A stretch of DNA of 64,000 nucleotides from Candidatus Poribacteria bacterium (GCA_965204355.1 OZ241983.1:210985-274984); one strand, 5' to 3'. Counted from the stretch's first letter, positions 44,430-53,535 are shown. Notes: generated from the sequence alone by a model not told the origin. Program-made: numbers and translations.

Positions 44430-46253
44430 TCATTTCAGAATGACCAGTTTACGTGTGGCGGAAAACGCTCCCGCTTCCAACTGATAGAAATAGTTTCCAC
44501 TTGCGATGGGTTCACCGCTTGCGTTACGTCCGTCCCAGTAGACGGCTTTCGTCCGATCGGTGTAGTAGCTGGCTGCTTGATGCCCCAGATCAAATCGACG
44601 AACTAAAATACCTTTAGTGTCATAAATTGTGAGTATAACATCAGCAGCTTCAGCGAGGCGGTAAGGAATCCATGTTTCGGGGTTGAAGGGGTTCGGATAG
44701 TTGGGAAGCAGTTCCGTTTCGTGGGGCCGCATTGCCTTGAGAAAGCGGTTCAGAAGGGCAATACCTTCCTGAAAGGCAAGTGAGTCATCATCTGATGCGA
44801 GTGCCGCATCAATCCACGCTTGAATCGTTGCCAAGGAAGTAGCCTGCGTGATTTCGATGGCTGGTGCTTTATTCGTTGTTGATGTGTTAGCCTCCGCTGC
44901 AGCAACCAAATCCAAAAAATCGATTGTACCATCGTTATTAAGGTCGCCATCACTCGTGGAGTAAAAAAGCAAGGTCAAAAGAAAAAATAGATCGGAGAGA
45001 TTTACCTGATCATCGTTGTTGAAATCCTGCATGAATAGTCCGTAGGGCCCACATGTAATCTCCATGTCCAATTCTAAGTCCGGATTCTGATCTTGTAACC
45101 TGCAAAGTGGAGATGTGTCCTCAACCGGATTGTCCCAAAGATACAGTGTTGTCAAGTTAGTCAAATCGGACAATGGGGATACGTCGGTGATAGCATTTCC
45201 ACCAAGATACAACTCTGTCAAGTTAGTTAACCCAGCTAATGCGGATATGTCGGTGATATTGGTGAGCGTAAGATCCAGCCAAGTCAGGCTGGTCAACCCT
45301 TCCAACCCAGATAAATCTGTTATTGACGCTCTGTTTAGATTTAATTCTTTTAGGTTTGTCAAACCGACTAACGGTGTGAGGTCTGTGAACGAGTTGCTAT
45401 TCCGCCAACTGTTTCCTATTTTTGAAGATCCGAGATTCAACACTGTCAAATTGGTGGCATACTCGAACCCTGTTAAATTTCGTAAATTATAGTTTCTTAT
45501 GTGAGGCGTAGTTAAACTTTCCATTTCAAAGACGTGGATAGGATCGCCGCGTGTCTTACCGAATATGATTTCAAAGGCGGCACTGAGGTGCGGATCAGGA
45601 ACATTGACAAGACGGTTGCTTTCTAGTTCAGAGAGAAGGGTTTTAAGAAAGTTGACAGGGATCATAAAGTTGAGATTCTGCCCATCGGTAAGCTGAGAGA
45701 ACACAACACCAATCACCTCGCCGTCCTCATTCAGCACGGGTCCGCCACTGCTCCCCGGGGATACGGCCGCGGTCATCTGGATGATTGTATCCTCAACAAA
45801 GATGTTCCCCTCCGGGCGGATTGCACTCACAATACCTTGCGAAAAAGTACCGGTCAAGCCTTGTGGATTCCCTGCGGCGTAGACAGTCTGTCCGATCTGA
45901 ACGGTGTCACTATCACCAAGGGTAAGTGCCGATGCAGTGAGGCTTGAGGCTTTCACTATTGCCAAATCACGGTTAGTGTCTACTATAGACACAGACTCAA
46001 TCACATGCTCTGTCGTTTCTCCAACCAGCTTTACTTTTCCGCTTGCGATACCTTTAACCACATGCTGATTGGTAGCGATCTGTCCTGTTCCAACGACAAA
46101 CCCACTACCAAAAGAGGATTGACCGCTAGCATCTGTGATAGTAACAAGCACCGTAGAGGCTAAGGCTTTTTCGGCAACCTGTTGGGGAGTAAGTGCTGAT
46201 GCTGAGGAGCAGAGCAGGCAGAGCAGGACGATAATGAGCGTGGTAGTTTTCAT
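44430..46253 (-). CDS. secreted trypsin-like serine protease fused to leucine-rich repeats, dockerin-like Ca-binding repeats and a Por/T9SS-type (FlgD Ig-like) C-terminal domain
   Basis: Signal peptide. His (ATNQHVV), Asp (DLAIVK) and Ser (GSSGGPV) triad. About 22-residue LRRs (LTNLTELYLGGNAITDVSPLSDLTNLTTLYL). DGDLNNDGTIDFLDLV. C-terminus NYPNPFNPETWIPY...SGNYFYQL...RKLVILK. Confidence 0.8.
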   Translation of the reverse strand: MKTTTLIIVLLCLLCSSASALTPQQVAEKALASTVLVTITDASGQSSFGSGFVVGTGQIATNQHVVKGIASGKVKLVGETTEHVIESVSIVDTNRDLAIVKASSLTASALTLGDSDTVQIGQTVYAAGNPQGLTGTFSQGIVSAIRPEGNIFVEDTIIQMTAAVSPGSSGGPVLNEDGEVIGVVFSQLTDGQNLNFMIPVNFLKTLLSELESNRLVNVPDPHLSAAFEIIFGKTRGDPIHVFEMESLTTPHIRNYNLRNLTGFEYATNLTVLNLGSSKIGNSWRNSNSFTDLTPLVGLTNLKELNLNRASITDLSGLEGLTSLTWLDLTLTNITDISALAGLTNLTELYLGGNAITDVSPLSDLTNLTTLYLWDNPVEDTSPLCRLQDQNPDLELDMEITCGPYGLFMQDFNNDDQVNLSDLFFLLTLLFYSTSDGDLNNDGTIDFLDLVAAAEANTSTTNKAPAIEITQATSLATIQAWIDAALASDDDSLAFQEGIALLNRFLKAMRPHETELLPNYPNPFNPETWIPYRLAEAADVILTIYDTKGILVRRFDLGHQAASYYTDRTKAVYWDGRNASGEPIASGNYFYQLEAGAFSATRKLVILK

Positions 46254-47104
46254 TGCTTTTGAGTTCTCTCTAAAAGTTTGAGTTTTTTTCGTCCGCTTTC
46301 ACTTTGAAGATAATAGGTCAAACCGATCGAAAATATAGGATTCGTTTCGTCAAAAGCAGAAGCAATAGATCCCGACATGGAGAATCGAGGCGATAAATCT
46401 GACATCACTCCTATTTGCCATACATTATCTTTCCTGATTGCTCTTAATTCTCTCTCAAACACTTTAACGGTCGCTCGCGACCATTGGACGCCCATCAAAA
46501 AGGTAAATAGCGGACCCGCCGATAATTTAACCTGCCTTAAAACGCCAATCCCTCCTGTAAACCCATAAGCGAATAAAGAGTTGGAAACACTTCCAAAACT
46601 GACATTTATGCGTTCAGGTTCTACAGTCGCTGCGAATCTGCCATATTCATCGTAGTAGTAGTTATCAATCGAAGAATCAACAGTTACATCTATACCGGAT
46701 ATGTACTGCTTTGCGGTATTAGAATAGGTCATAGTCATAGCTCCTGACAGAAAGAATTGAATTTTTCCTTTTACTGTGGGAGGAAATACACCTAATATTT
46801 CATACGCCCCCATAGAAATCAAAGGCATATCAGTCCTAAACGAGTCTAAACCTTCTCGATCTGAAAATGCAAGTCCGAGAGTCAAGCCATTCTTCGCCAA
46901 CCCGCCGGTATCCCAACCCAAATTAGCCCAAACTCCAGTGGCGTTCTCTGCTTTACCAACTCCAAAACTAAAGAGTGCGTTTTTTGACGCTTTATGGTAA
47001 ATCGGGGACATACTTGGTTTAATCAAGCCTGATGCAATCCAAGGCGATTCAATCCATGTGTTAGATGTAACTTCTATCAATGCGCCTCCCTCTTTCGTTG
47101 GCAC
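46250..47104 (-). CDS. beta-rich, outer-membrane-barrel-like protein; frame continues upstream to ATG 47335 through two in-frame TGA codons
   Basis: Alternating hydrophobic pattern with aromatic-rich strands. Upstream in the same frame, MRKYAVIILLALSLTYDFADA is a signal peptide, but TGA codons at 47245-47243 and 47212-47210 interrupt the frame. The stop overlaps the protease start (ATGA). Confidence 0.45.
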   Translation of the reverse strand: MPTKEGGALIEVTSNTWIESPWIASGLIKPSMSPIYHKASKNALFSFGVGKAENATGVWANLGWDTGGLAKNGLTLGLAFSDREGLDSFRTDMPLISMGAYEILGVFPPTVKGKIQFFLSGAMTMTYSNTAKQYISGIDVTVDSSIDNYYYDEYGRFAATVEPERINVSFGSVSNSLFAYGFTGGIGVLRQVKLSAGPLFTFLMGVQWSRATVKVFERELRAIRKDNVWQIGVMSDLSPRFSMSGSIASAFDETNPIFSIGLTYYLQSESGRKKLKLLERTQKQ

Positions 47105-47398
47105 ATTATCGTAGATGGGAGTTGCTGGCGGAATCGGCGGTGTATCCCTATCAATTTTCGGAGGCGTGTAAATTCTTGGATCTCGAACCGAAATCTTGGG
47201 TCCACTGTGTCAATGCCGCACACCAGTTGACCTATTGTAATGTCAACCATCGCTGGCGGTACGTCCAGGGTGTGCATCCGCAAAGTCATAAGTCAAAGAT
47301 AAAGCTAGCAAGATAATAACTGCGTATTTTCGCATATTTGAGTTCTTTAACTTCTTTTAGATGTTGTCGTTTTTTGTCAATCAATGGCTAGACAATCT

Positions 47399-47755
47399 CT
47401 ACCCTATTATTTTCTTTTTTTCTGCTTGCAGTTCAGCATCAGAGAGCATTCCTTGCTGCTTTAATTTGGACAATCTTTCAAGTGCGCTCAATTTTTCTTC
47501 CATTGTCATAGAAGATGATGTTTCAGAAACACCTGCATCCGATACGTCATTGCGTTTTTTCAGACTTACATTATAGAGTCGAGCCTCTCTTTCCCGCTTC
47601 AACCTTCTGTCTCTTTCCTCTTTTTCTCTTTTAGCATCAGACGTTTTCCTCATTACAGTTATAAGCACTGTAAAGCCTATAACCGAAAGTGCCAATATAA
47701 AAAATTGGACAACCCTTACCATTTCTGCTGAAAATCCTATATCTTCACCAAACAT
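47399..47755 (-). CDS. membrane protein with C-terminal SHOCT domain
   Basis: N-terminal TM helix, charged linker, and C-terminus LERLSKLKQQGMLSDAELQAEKKKI, which is typical of SHOCT. Confidence 0.7.
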   Translation of the reverse strand: MFGEDIGFSAEMVRVVQFFILALSVIGFTVLITVMRKTSDAKREKEERDRRLKREREARLYNVSLKKRNDVSDAGVSETSSSMTMEEKLSALERLSKLKQQGMLSDAELQAEKKKIIG

Positions 47756-47876
47756 AAACTATCCTTTCAATGCTGCACATAATGGGGAGGCTGTCTCTGA
47801 TAAATAGGGTGGCAGCTATCATCAGTCGAGTTTCAAGAATTTTCTGAAGCATGGGTGTAAAGAAGTTTTCGCTAAA

Positions 47877-48452
47877 TTATCGTCGCGTGAGCCAAGTTAG
47901 ATCGTATTCAAGGGTGTCGTATTGATCGTGAGAATCTAACTTGAAAAAGATTGCATCATCAGAAGTTTTTTCGCCGGATTTTATGTTATTCAAACCCGCA
48001 AAGGATGCGTATCCTGTATCCACAATAACATTACCCTGCTTGGCGTAAACATCACATGAGACCAAATACCCTGTTTTATTGCCTATATTTTTGATTGTTA
48101 TTAAAATAGATGGGCGGATTTCAAGCCACGTCTCCTCACTGGTAGCGGTAATCACAAAGTGGGCGTCGGGGTATTGGTCAGACACGGGAGGGTCAGGGTC
48201 TACCCACTCTGTATCGCCCGAATCATCATCGGCGGTTTCATCGTCATCTGACGGCAACGTTATGTCGATATAACCAGTCCCTGTCAATTCATATTCTGTG
48301 CCGTCGATCTCAACTATTGTTCCGTCGAGATGATAGGTTGCTCTTGATCCATCAATTTCTACATCGTCATCAAGTGTGAGTTGTGTTAAAAACGGTGCTT
48401 GATCACAACCGATCATCAGTATCAGAGCGGTGATGACTATTGCTGTTTTCAT
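47877..48452 (-). CDS. lipoprotein, unknown function
   Basis: Signal peptide plus lipobox MKTAIVITALILMIGC. Acidic linker. Confidence 0.6.
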   Translation of the reverse strand: MKTAIVITALILMIGCDQAPFLTQLTLDDDVEIDGSRATYHLDGTIVEIDGTEYELTGTGYIDITLPSDDDETADDDSGDTEWVDPDPPVSDQYPDAHFVITATSEETWLEIRPSILITIKNIGNKTGYLVSCDVYAKQGNVIVDTGYASFAGLNNIKSGEKTSDDAIFFKLDSHDQYDTLEYDLTWLTRR

Positions 48453-48616
48453 TGCTTTTGAATCCTTTCTAACTTTTTGATGATTGTCTGCATATCCGTT
48501 TTAATATCTTTTCGTATCGCATTCAGGATGCGATAGTAGATAATCACGATGATGAGTAGTGTAACGATGAGGATGATGGGTATAGGGTCTATTTTGGAGC
48601 TCCTTTTGGTTCGCAT
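48449..48616 (-). CDS. small single-pass membrane protein (55 aa; below ORF-track cutoff)
   Basis: My translation is MRTKRSSKIDPIPIILIVTLLIIVIIYYRILNAIRKDIKTDMQTIIKKLERIQKQ. The stop overlaps the lipoprotein start (ATGA). A 70-bp core (48524-48593) is repeated at 50924-50993. Confidence 0.55.
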   Translation of the reverse strand: MRTKRSSKIDPIPIILIVTLLIIVIIYYRILNAIRKDIKTDMQTIIKKLERIQKQ

Positions 48617-48662
48617 TGATGGCACTATTGATATAATTCCCTAATATTGGCAAATACGCAGA

Positions 48663-49679
48663 TCAATAGGAATAGTTTTCCTGTTGGCAGTTCCCACGCT
48701 TATCAATAACCCGAAGGGTCACTTCACGGAAGATGCTGCTCTTAATAAATTCAATCCGATTTATTTCGCCATCTAAGGATTTACAGCTGTGCAATTTAAC
48801 ACCGTCAGTAGGATCGCCAGCCGCTGTTGGTATAATCAAATGAACTTGATGGAGCCGATCGGTATCAACCGCCTCAAAGCGAAGGGTAGTGGCATTCGAT
48901 TCGAGCATCCGAATAGTGGCTGGTTCGTTGTAAGTAGTTTGGATGGGGTTAAAAAATCGGCTGGCATCCAACCATTTCGCGGCACAGTGCGACAAACGAT
49001 TTCTGGCTCTGCCGTAAGACATGATATAGGTATCGCTACGGAAATCATGTGCCAACCCAAAGGCGTGTCCGAGTTCGTGGGCGGCAGTCTCAAACGCAAA
49101 GCATGTCCCAGATGCAGGAATAATTGCCCATCCACCGCCAGACCAATTAAATCCACCTATGCCACACCACCGATTATCAATGCGTTCGCTACCAATATCT
49201 ATAACGATTAGATGGAGATGTTTTTGTTTATTAAATTGTTCATTGATTCCCGACATAGAAGTTACGGGCATTCTGAATAATCGTAGTGCGTGCCTATTAA
49301 ACTGCTCATTGATTTCTGCCATAACTTTGTCGTCCGTGTCATTGTGATAATCCGTATCATTGAACTTTCCGGTCACATGACGCACCACCGCTTTTCCTGT
49401 TTCATCGGTTTCAAATTCAAATGTTTTCCGCCCGAAGCCGTGGCGTTCCATCTGCTCGGCATAAAATCGTTGTACCCTCTTTATCAATATGTCTATCTGC
49501 GTATCTATGCCCTGTCGCACACGACGTTCTTTTGGGAGAAAGTAGATCAACCGCACCTTTTCTGGTTTGAAAAAACCAGAACTCCATTGGGCTTTGCCCT
49601 CAACAGCTACAAAGAAAACAAGATAAGCACAAATGACAGTAAGGTTTACGAGATTATTCTGTAACTTTTTTCTCTGCAT
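48663..49679 (-). CDS. secreted reprolysin/adamalysin-like zinc metalloprotease (metzincin)
   Basis: N-terminal signal/anchor. HELGHAFGLAHD (HExxHxxGxxHD) followed by a candidate Met-turn YIMSY. Confidence 0.75.
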   Translation of the reverse strand: MQRKKLQNNLVNLTVICAYLVFFVAVEGKAQWSSGFFKPEKVRLIYFLPKERRVRQGIDTQIDILIKRVQRFYAEQMERHGFGRKTFEFETDETGKAVVRHVTGKFNDTDYHNDTDDKVMAEINEQFNRHALRLFRMPVTSMSGINEQFNKQKHLHLIVIDIGSERIDNRWCGIGGFNWSGGGWAIIPASGTCFAFETAAHELGHAFGLAHDFRSDTYIMSYGRARNRLSHCAAKWLDASRFFNPIQTTYNEPATIRMLESNATTLRFEAVDTDRLHQVHLIIPTAAGDPTDGVKLHSCKSLDGEINRIEFIKSSIFREVTLRVIDKRGNCQQENYSY

Positions 49680-49712
49680 ATTTGTTATTTCAAACTAGTT
49701 GTAATCTGTTTC

Positions 49713-50810
49713 TCACAAACTAGAAATCGGCATCCAGAGGCCACCGGTGTCTTGAGCCAGCATTTTTTGAAAGGGTTCATCACGTCCGATAACGCTGACA
49801 CTAACCTTTTTAGATTTCAGTGTGTTCAATACCCTTTTCGGTGAATATGAGCCGCTTACATATTCGTCTGTGACCAAGATGAACCGCCGCTCTGCGCCTC
49901 TGCGAAACTTCACTTTGGCTGCTGCTTGGACGAGTGCATCTAACGCCTTTTCCCCACCTCGACAATCGATGGAAGCTAGATTCCTTTTAATCTCCCGAAT
50001 CGATGTAGTTTGGGGCGTTACCTGAAAGTCCCAACCTAGCGAAGGGAAACTTGTGCCATCTCGGAACACTACCAGTCCAACGGTGAAATCTAAGTTCGCC
50101 GTTTTGAGTAGGTCAGTCATCTGGTTCAGATGATTGTGCACTGCGTCGATATCATTCCGCATGCTTTTGCTCGCGTCAATCACAAAAACGATATCGAGCG
50201 TATCACTCTTGCGCGTTTTTAAGAGGTGTCGACCAATTTTGATGAGCCCCACATCAAGCATTGTTTGGTTTTCTAGACCAAGTGATTTCTGTGTTCGAGC
50301 GCCCCGGTTGCTCTGAGCCAAGATGTGATGAGCAATTTCTTCAAGGGCATCCCCCATGTTTTTCGGCTTTTTCCCTTTCGATGACAGGATGCCAATATCC
50401 TCCGGTTGTATATCTGAGTCCACTGGGGCAATAGTTTTCTGTCTGTCGATCTTAACCCCGGGCGATTCTATTGGAGCTAATGATTGACTCTTAACGTCGT
50501 CGGGGTGAATACTGCCTATGCTAAACTCTTTAAGCGGGCGAGCCTTCTGTGTTATAACAGGGCGAGATTTGGCGTTCCCATCTGGATTCTTTTTGGATTC
50601 AGCAACCGCATCGCTTAAACGTTCCACTTGCTTTTGCAGCACCTCAAGTTCTTTACGCAACGATTGAATCTCCTGAAGTATCATCTTTAGCGCATCTGAG
50701 TTAGATGATCGATTTAGCGTACCTTCGTTCGCGTGGGCGGTTGGAAATGATGTGCACGATGCAAACAACACGCACATCAGGGAGAAAACACGATTTCTGA
50801 ATCCTAACAT
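49713..50810 (-). CDS. secreted von Willebrand factor A (vWA) domain protein with N-terminal coiled coil
   Basis: Signal peptide. MIDAS motif DIVFVIDASKSM and a vWA-like remainder. Confidence 0.75.
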   Translation of the reverse strand: MLGFRNRVFSLMCVLFASCTSFPTAHANEGTLNRSSNSDALKMILQEIQSLRKELEVLQKQVERLSDAVAESKKNPDGNAKSRPVITQKARPLKEFSIGSIHPDDVKSQSLAPIESPGVKIDRQKTIAPVDSDIQPEDIGILSSKGKKPKNMGDALEEIAHHILAQSNRGARTQKSLGLENQTMLDVGLIKIGRHLLKTRKSDTLDIVFVIDASKSMRNDIDAVHNHLNQMTDLLKTANLDFTVGLVVFRDGTSFPSLGWDFQVTPQTTSIREIKRNLASIDCRGGEKALDALVQAAAKVKFRRGAERRFILVTDEYVSGSYSPKRVLNTLKSKKVSVSVIGRDEPFQKMLAQDTGGLWMPISSL

Positions 50811-50854
50811 TTTGTTCTCCTTTCAGTTCACCGAATCAACCTCGCCCGCAACTC

Positions 50855-51187
50855 CTAATCCTTCTTGTCAATCAGCCGTCGCAACGATTTTAATTCAGTC
50901 TTGATATCGCGTCTTATGGCTTTAAGGATGCGATAGTCGAGAATGACGATGATGAGTAGTGTGACGATGAGGATGATGGGTATAGGGTCTATTGTGAGTC
51001 TCCTTTCAGTCCCCTGGGTGTTTTGTGTCCCATTAACAGCGTCTCTCAATAAGCACCGTCGGGACCTTGGCAGATAAGGCAGCTTTGTTGGAAGATAGCG
51101 TGGGCGTCTTGGGCTATCTGTTGTTGGGAATGAACATTTTGAGACAGGATAATCAATAGGGATAGGCAGGTGGGGGCGAGGAGACAC
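50855..51187 (-). CDS. paralog of the 48449-48616 small TM ORF; only the last 46 codons (50855-50992) are conserved and the start is unresolved
   Basis: IDPIPIILIVTLLIIVILDYRILKAIRRDIKTELKSLRRLIDKKD aligns with the 55-aa ORF. The upstream part of the 110-aa track ORF is Pro/Arg-rich, overlaps another remnant, and has no ATG near the conserved part (GAAAGGAG sits 7 nt before an ATA codon). Confidence 0.3.
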   Translation of the reverse strand: MSPRPHLPIPIDYPVSKCSFPTTDSPRRPRYLPTKLPYLPRSRRCLLRDAVNGTQNTQGTERRLTIDPIPIILIVTLLIIVILDYRILKAIRRDIKTELKSLRRLIDKKD

Positions 51188-51234
51188 TGTTTATGAGTGC
51201 TAATCAAAGCCAAGACGAAATAACGGTTAAACAT
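51046..51234 (-). pseudogene. N-terminal remnant of a PSCyt1-type (planctomycete cytochrome c domain) protein
   Basis: Signal peptide, then AHAIFQQSCLICQGPDGAY-stop. This matches the CxxCHGPD haem motif context with His replaced by Gln, truncated after 62 codons. Confidence 0.4.
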
Positions 51235-51282
51235 ATCAGACGTTATTCCTTCCTTACTGCCATCGGCGTCAACCGAAAAAAA

Positions 51283-51327
51283 GGGGCTGCGTTTTAGGGA
51301 TAGTCCCGAATCGCGCAGCCCCTTTTA
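51283..51327 (-). terminator. rho-independent terminator candidate (bidirectional hairpin)
   Basis: GGGGCTGCG - 23-nt loop - CGCAGCCCC, with an A-run on the plus side giving a T-run after the stem on the minus strand. Confidence 0.5.
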
Positions 51328-51750
51328 ATTCAGATTGAAACTAACAGCGTAAAGGGTTATACTATGAGGGATTGTTAGATTCACGTCTAACAATCACGAA
51401 GCGATTCGAGCTGACATCTCGTTTTGCTTCAGGGGGGCTTCGAGCTACTACTCGGAGTCCCCACAATTATCTATCTTATACTATTCGCCTGCCTTTGTCA
51501 ATACCTTTCTTGCTTTTTACTTCATTGTATCACAATCTTGGTTTAGGGAGTGGCCCTAATTTCCGAAGGGCAGTACAGATCGTGGTACAAAAGTCTCCTT
51601 TAGACACTTCTCCCGCACAGCGGCTTGGATAGCCATAGCGAAGCCGAGCCGTGAGTGCTTTATCATGATTTATTTCACAGAGCACTAATAGCAAAAACAG
51701 TTTGACAGATTGTGGTTATAGACTACTGTGGCAAAACGATGAAGACCCTT

Positions 51751-51906
51751 TATGGTGAACTTTAGAATTACTTATACACTTTCGACACACAACCAACCCC
51801 CTAAATCCCCCTTGTCAGGGGGACTTGGGAAACTCAGGGGGACTTCATGAGGCTTCGATAAGGGGCACTATTGGTGAACGTCTACATATTTATATTGTTC
51901 ACTATA
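51751..51906 (+). mobile_element. MITE-like element, family C, second full copy
   Basis: TATGGTGAAC...TTCACTATA ends. Interior is colinear with 8427-8597. Confidence 0.8.
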
Positions 51907-51917
51907 AATGCTGACTG

Positions 51918-53522
51918 TCACTGAGATTTCCAGTCATTTCCCCAGAAGCCCCAGTCGAGGAGTTGGCCTCCGGAATAGACCATGTAATCGGGCAGGAGTT
52001 GCATATCGAGATGGCTTCCCCAGCATATTGCATCCGGTGTGACCCCACCGTGCACCGCGATATAGCGCTCTGAATTTGCGGGATGAGGAAATACAGCGAA
52101 CACCGCCACCCCATCTGCCGTGTACGATTTATTGGACAGATGGATTGTCTTGCCCTCAAAAGTAAGCGGTAACTTGCCTTCAAATTGCGATAGGATGGCG
52201 TTAGAATCATAGCCGCCGTATAGGAGCAGGTTGTTCATTTGCAGAAGGTCTTCAGTGAGTTCAACATCGGCGATGACAGGGAGTTCAACAGCGTTATCTC
52301 CCATGATGCCGCCGCGATGTACCCCTCCGTTCCGGTCGCGGTAGTATCCGACCGCGTTGTCGGCAATCCATTCGTTAAAAAACGTCTCTTCCGCTGTCCC
52401 AACTGTGCCGGGCACAAGGATAAGCCCGTCAAAAAAGAGATCACTGATGGGACCTGATGCCCGGTGATGCTTCTCAGCGGACAGATCAAAATTGTCAACC
52501 GCCCAAACGCCTTTATGATTTCGTTGAAATTGTTTCTGACGATTTAGGTCCATTGATTCGAACTTTTGACCATCAACTGTTAGATTAACCCCTTCGTTCT
52601 TATGAACTGGCCCAAGGGAGAAGGTGCGGATATTATCGGTATCGACGATGAGGTTGTTACTCTCGACAAAACGCGCATCGACCTTCCCTCGCTTACCGTA
52701 GTGTATCAGTTGGTCTACCGTGACCCAGTAGGATCGATTATGGCGCAGATCGTAGGTTACCAACGAAACATGATCTGGGAATCGCTGCTTCCGCTGCTTC
52801 AGCAGCCAAAGGATGACTTCCTCCCATATATCGGGGAGGCGGCATCCGTGGCCCGTTTTAGGAACCTCTGTGTATTTATGTGTATAACCGTGTTGTTCCA
52901 TAAGTTGTGCCATTTGACGGGAATGCTCAACTGGAACACCACCGCCGACTCCTCGATCCCATTCGCCGTGGATTATCCAAACAGGTGTATGGGTGAGATT
53001 TTCGATCAGAAATGCAGCGGATCTTGAGCGCCAAGAGGGCGTTTCCCATTCGTGCATGTGGAACGTGAACCCTCCCGGTTTTTCCCACAAGCGGTAGTCG
53101 CAATAACCACAGAATGGAGCGGCACCTGCGAAGATATCTGGATAGTGCGAGATTAGATACCATGTTGCGGCGCCCCCCATCGAGCTCCCGGTGATTGTAA
53201 TGCGGTCTCGATCAATGTTGTAGTTTGAAGCGACATGTTCGATAGCTTCTAAGACGTCGATTTCGCCGTAGTTTTGATAAACAGAGCCGGAACCCCGTCC
53301 CGTTGGTCTGAGGACAACACACGATTGACTGTGTTTAGCAGCGATGCCTGCGATCTGTTCAGTCAACTCGACCGCACCAGATAAATTCCCCAATGCGCCG
53401 GGACTTACCTCTACGATTAAAGGCTTCGGTTCATCGCTTGTATCGGTTGAGCATACTGCACAAGGGTGTAAGTTGCCATCAATCTTAGATCGAAAATACT
53501 GGAGCTGGCCAACTGGCATCAT
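51918..53522 (-). CDS. alpha/beta hydrolase (peptidase S9 / esterase-like) with C-terminal extra domain
   Basis: Nucleophile elbow GSSMGG, downstream D and H (HGEWD, GHG). 534 aa. Confidence 0.7.
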   Translation of the reverse strand: MMPVGQLQYFRSKIDGNLHPCAVCSTDTSDEPKPLIVEVSPGALGNLSGAVELTEQIAGIAAKHSQSCVVLRPTGRGSGSVYQNYGEIDVLEAIEHVASNYNIDRDRITITGSSMGGAATWYLISHYPDIFAGAAPFCGYCDYRLWEKPGGFTFHMHEWETPSWRSRSAAFLIENLTHTPVWIIHGEWDRGVGGGVPVEHSRQMAQLMEQHGYTHKYTEVPKTGHGCRLPDIWEEVILWLLKQRKQRFPDHVSLVTYDLRHNRSYWVTVDQLIHYGKRGKVDARFVESNNLIVDTDNIRTFSLGPVHKNEGVNLTVDGQKFESMDLNRQKQFQRNHKGVWAVDNFDLSAEKHHRASGPISDLFFDGLILVPGTVGTAEETFFNEWIADNAVGYYRDRNGGVHRGGIMGDNAVELPVIADVELTEDLLQMNNLLLYGGYDSNAILSQFEGKLPLTFEGKTIHLSNKSYTADGVAVFAVFPHPANSERYIAVHGGVTPDAICWGSHLDMQLLPDYMVYSGGQLLDWGFWGNDWKSQ

Positions 53523-53535
53523 TTATTCCCTTCCT

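Noticed and set aside
47210-47245. TGA reassigned as a sense codon (alternative genetic code) or selenocysteine, prompted also by the SelA-like gene at 1-669
   Set aside because: Many well-defined genes here terminate with TGA, including four ATGA stop/start overlaps. The SelA-like ORF fits the non-Sec DgaE-type subgroup equally well, and no SECIS-like hairpin is evident after either TGA.
49225-49325. Short internal duplication in the metzincin gene (INEQFN motif twice, 22 codons apart)
   Set aside because: It is in-frame, small and outside the catalytic motif, so it is probably a neutral micro-duplication. There is nothing further to support a functional claim.
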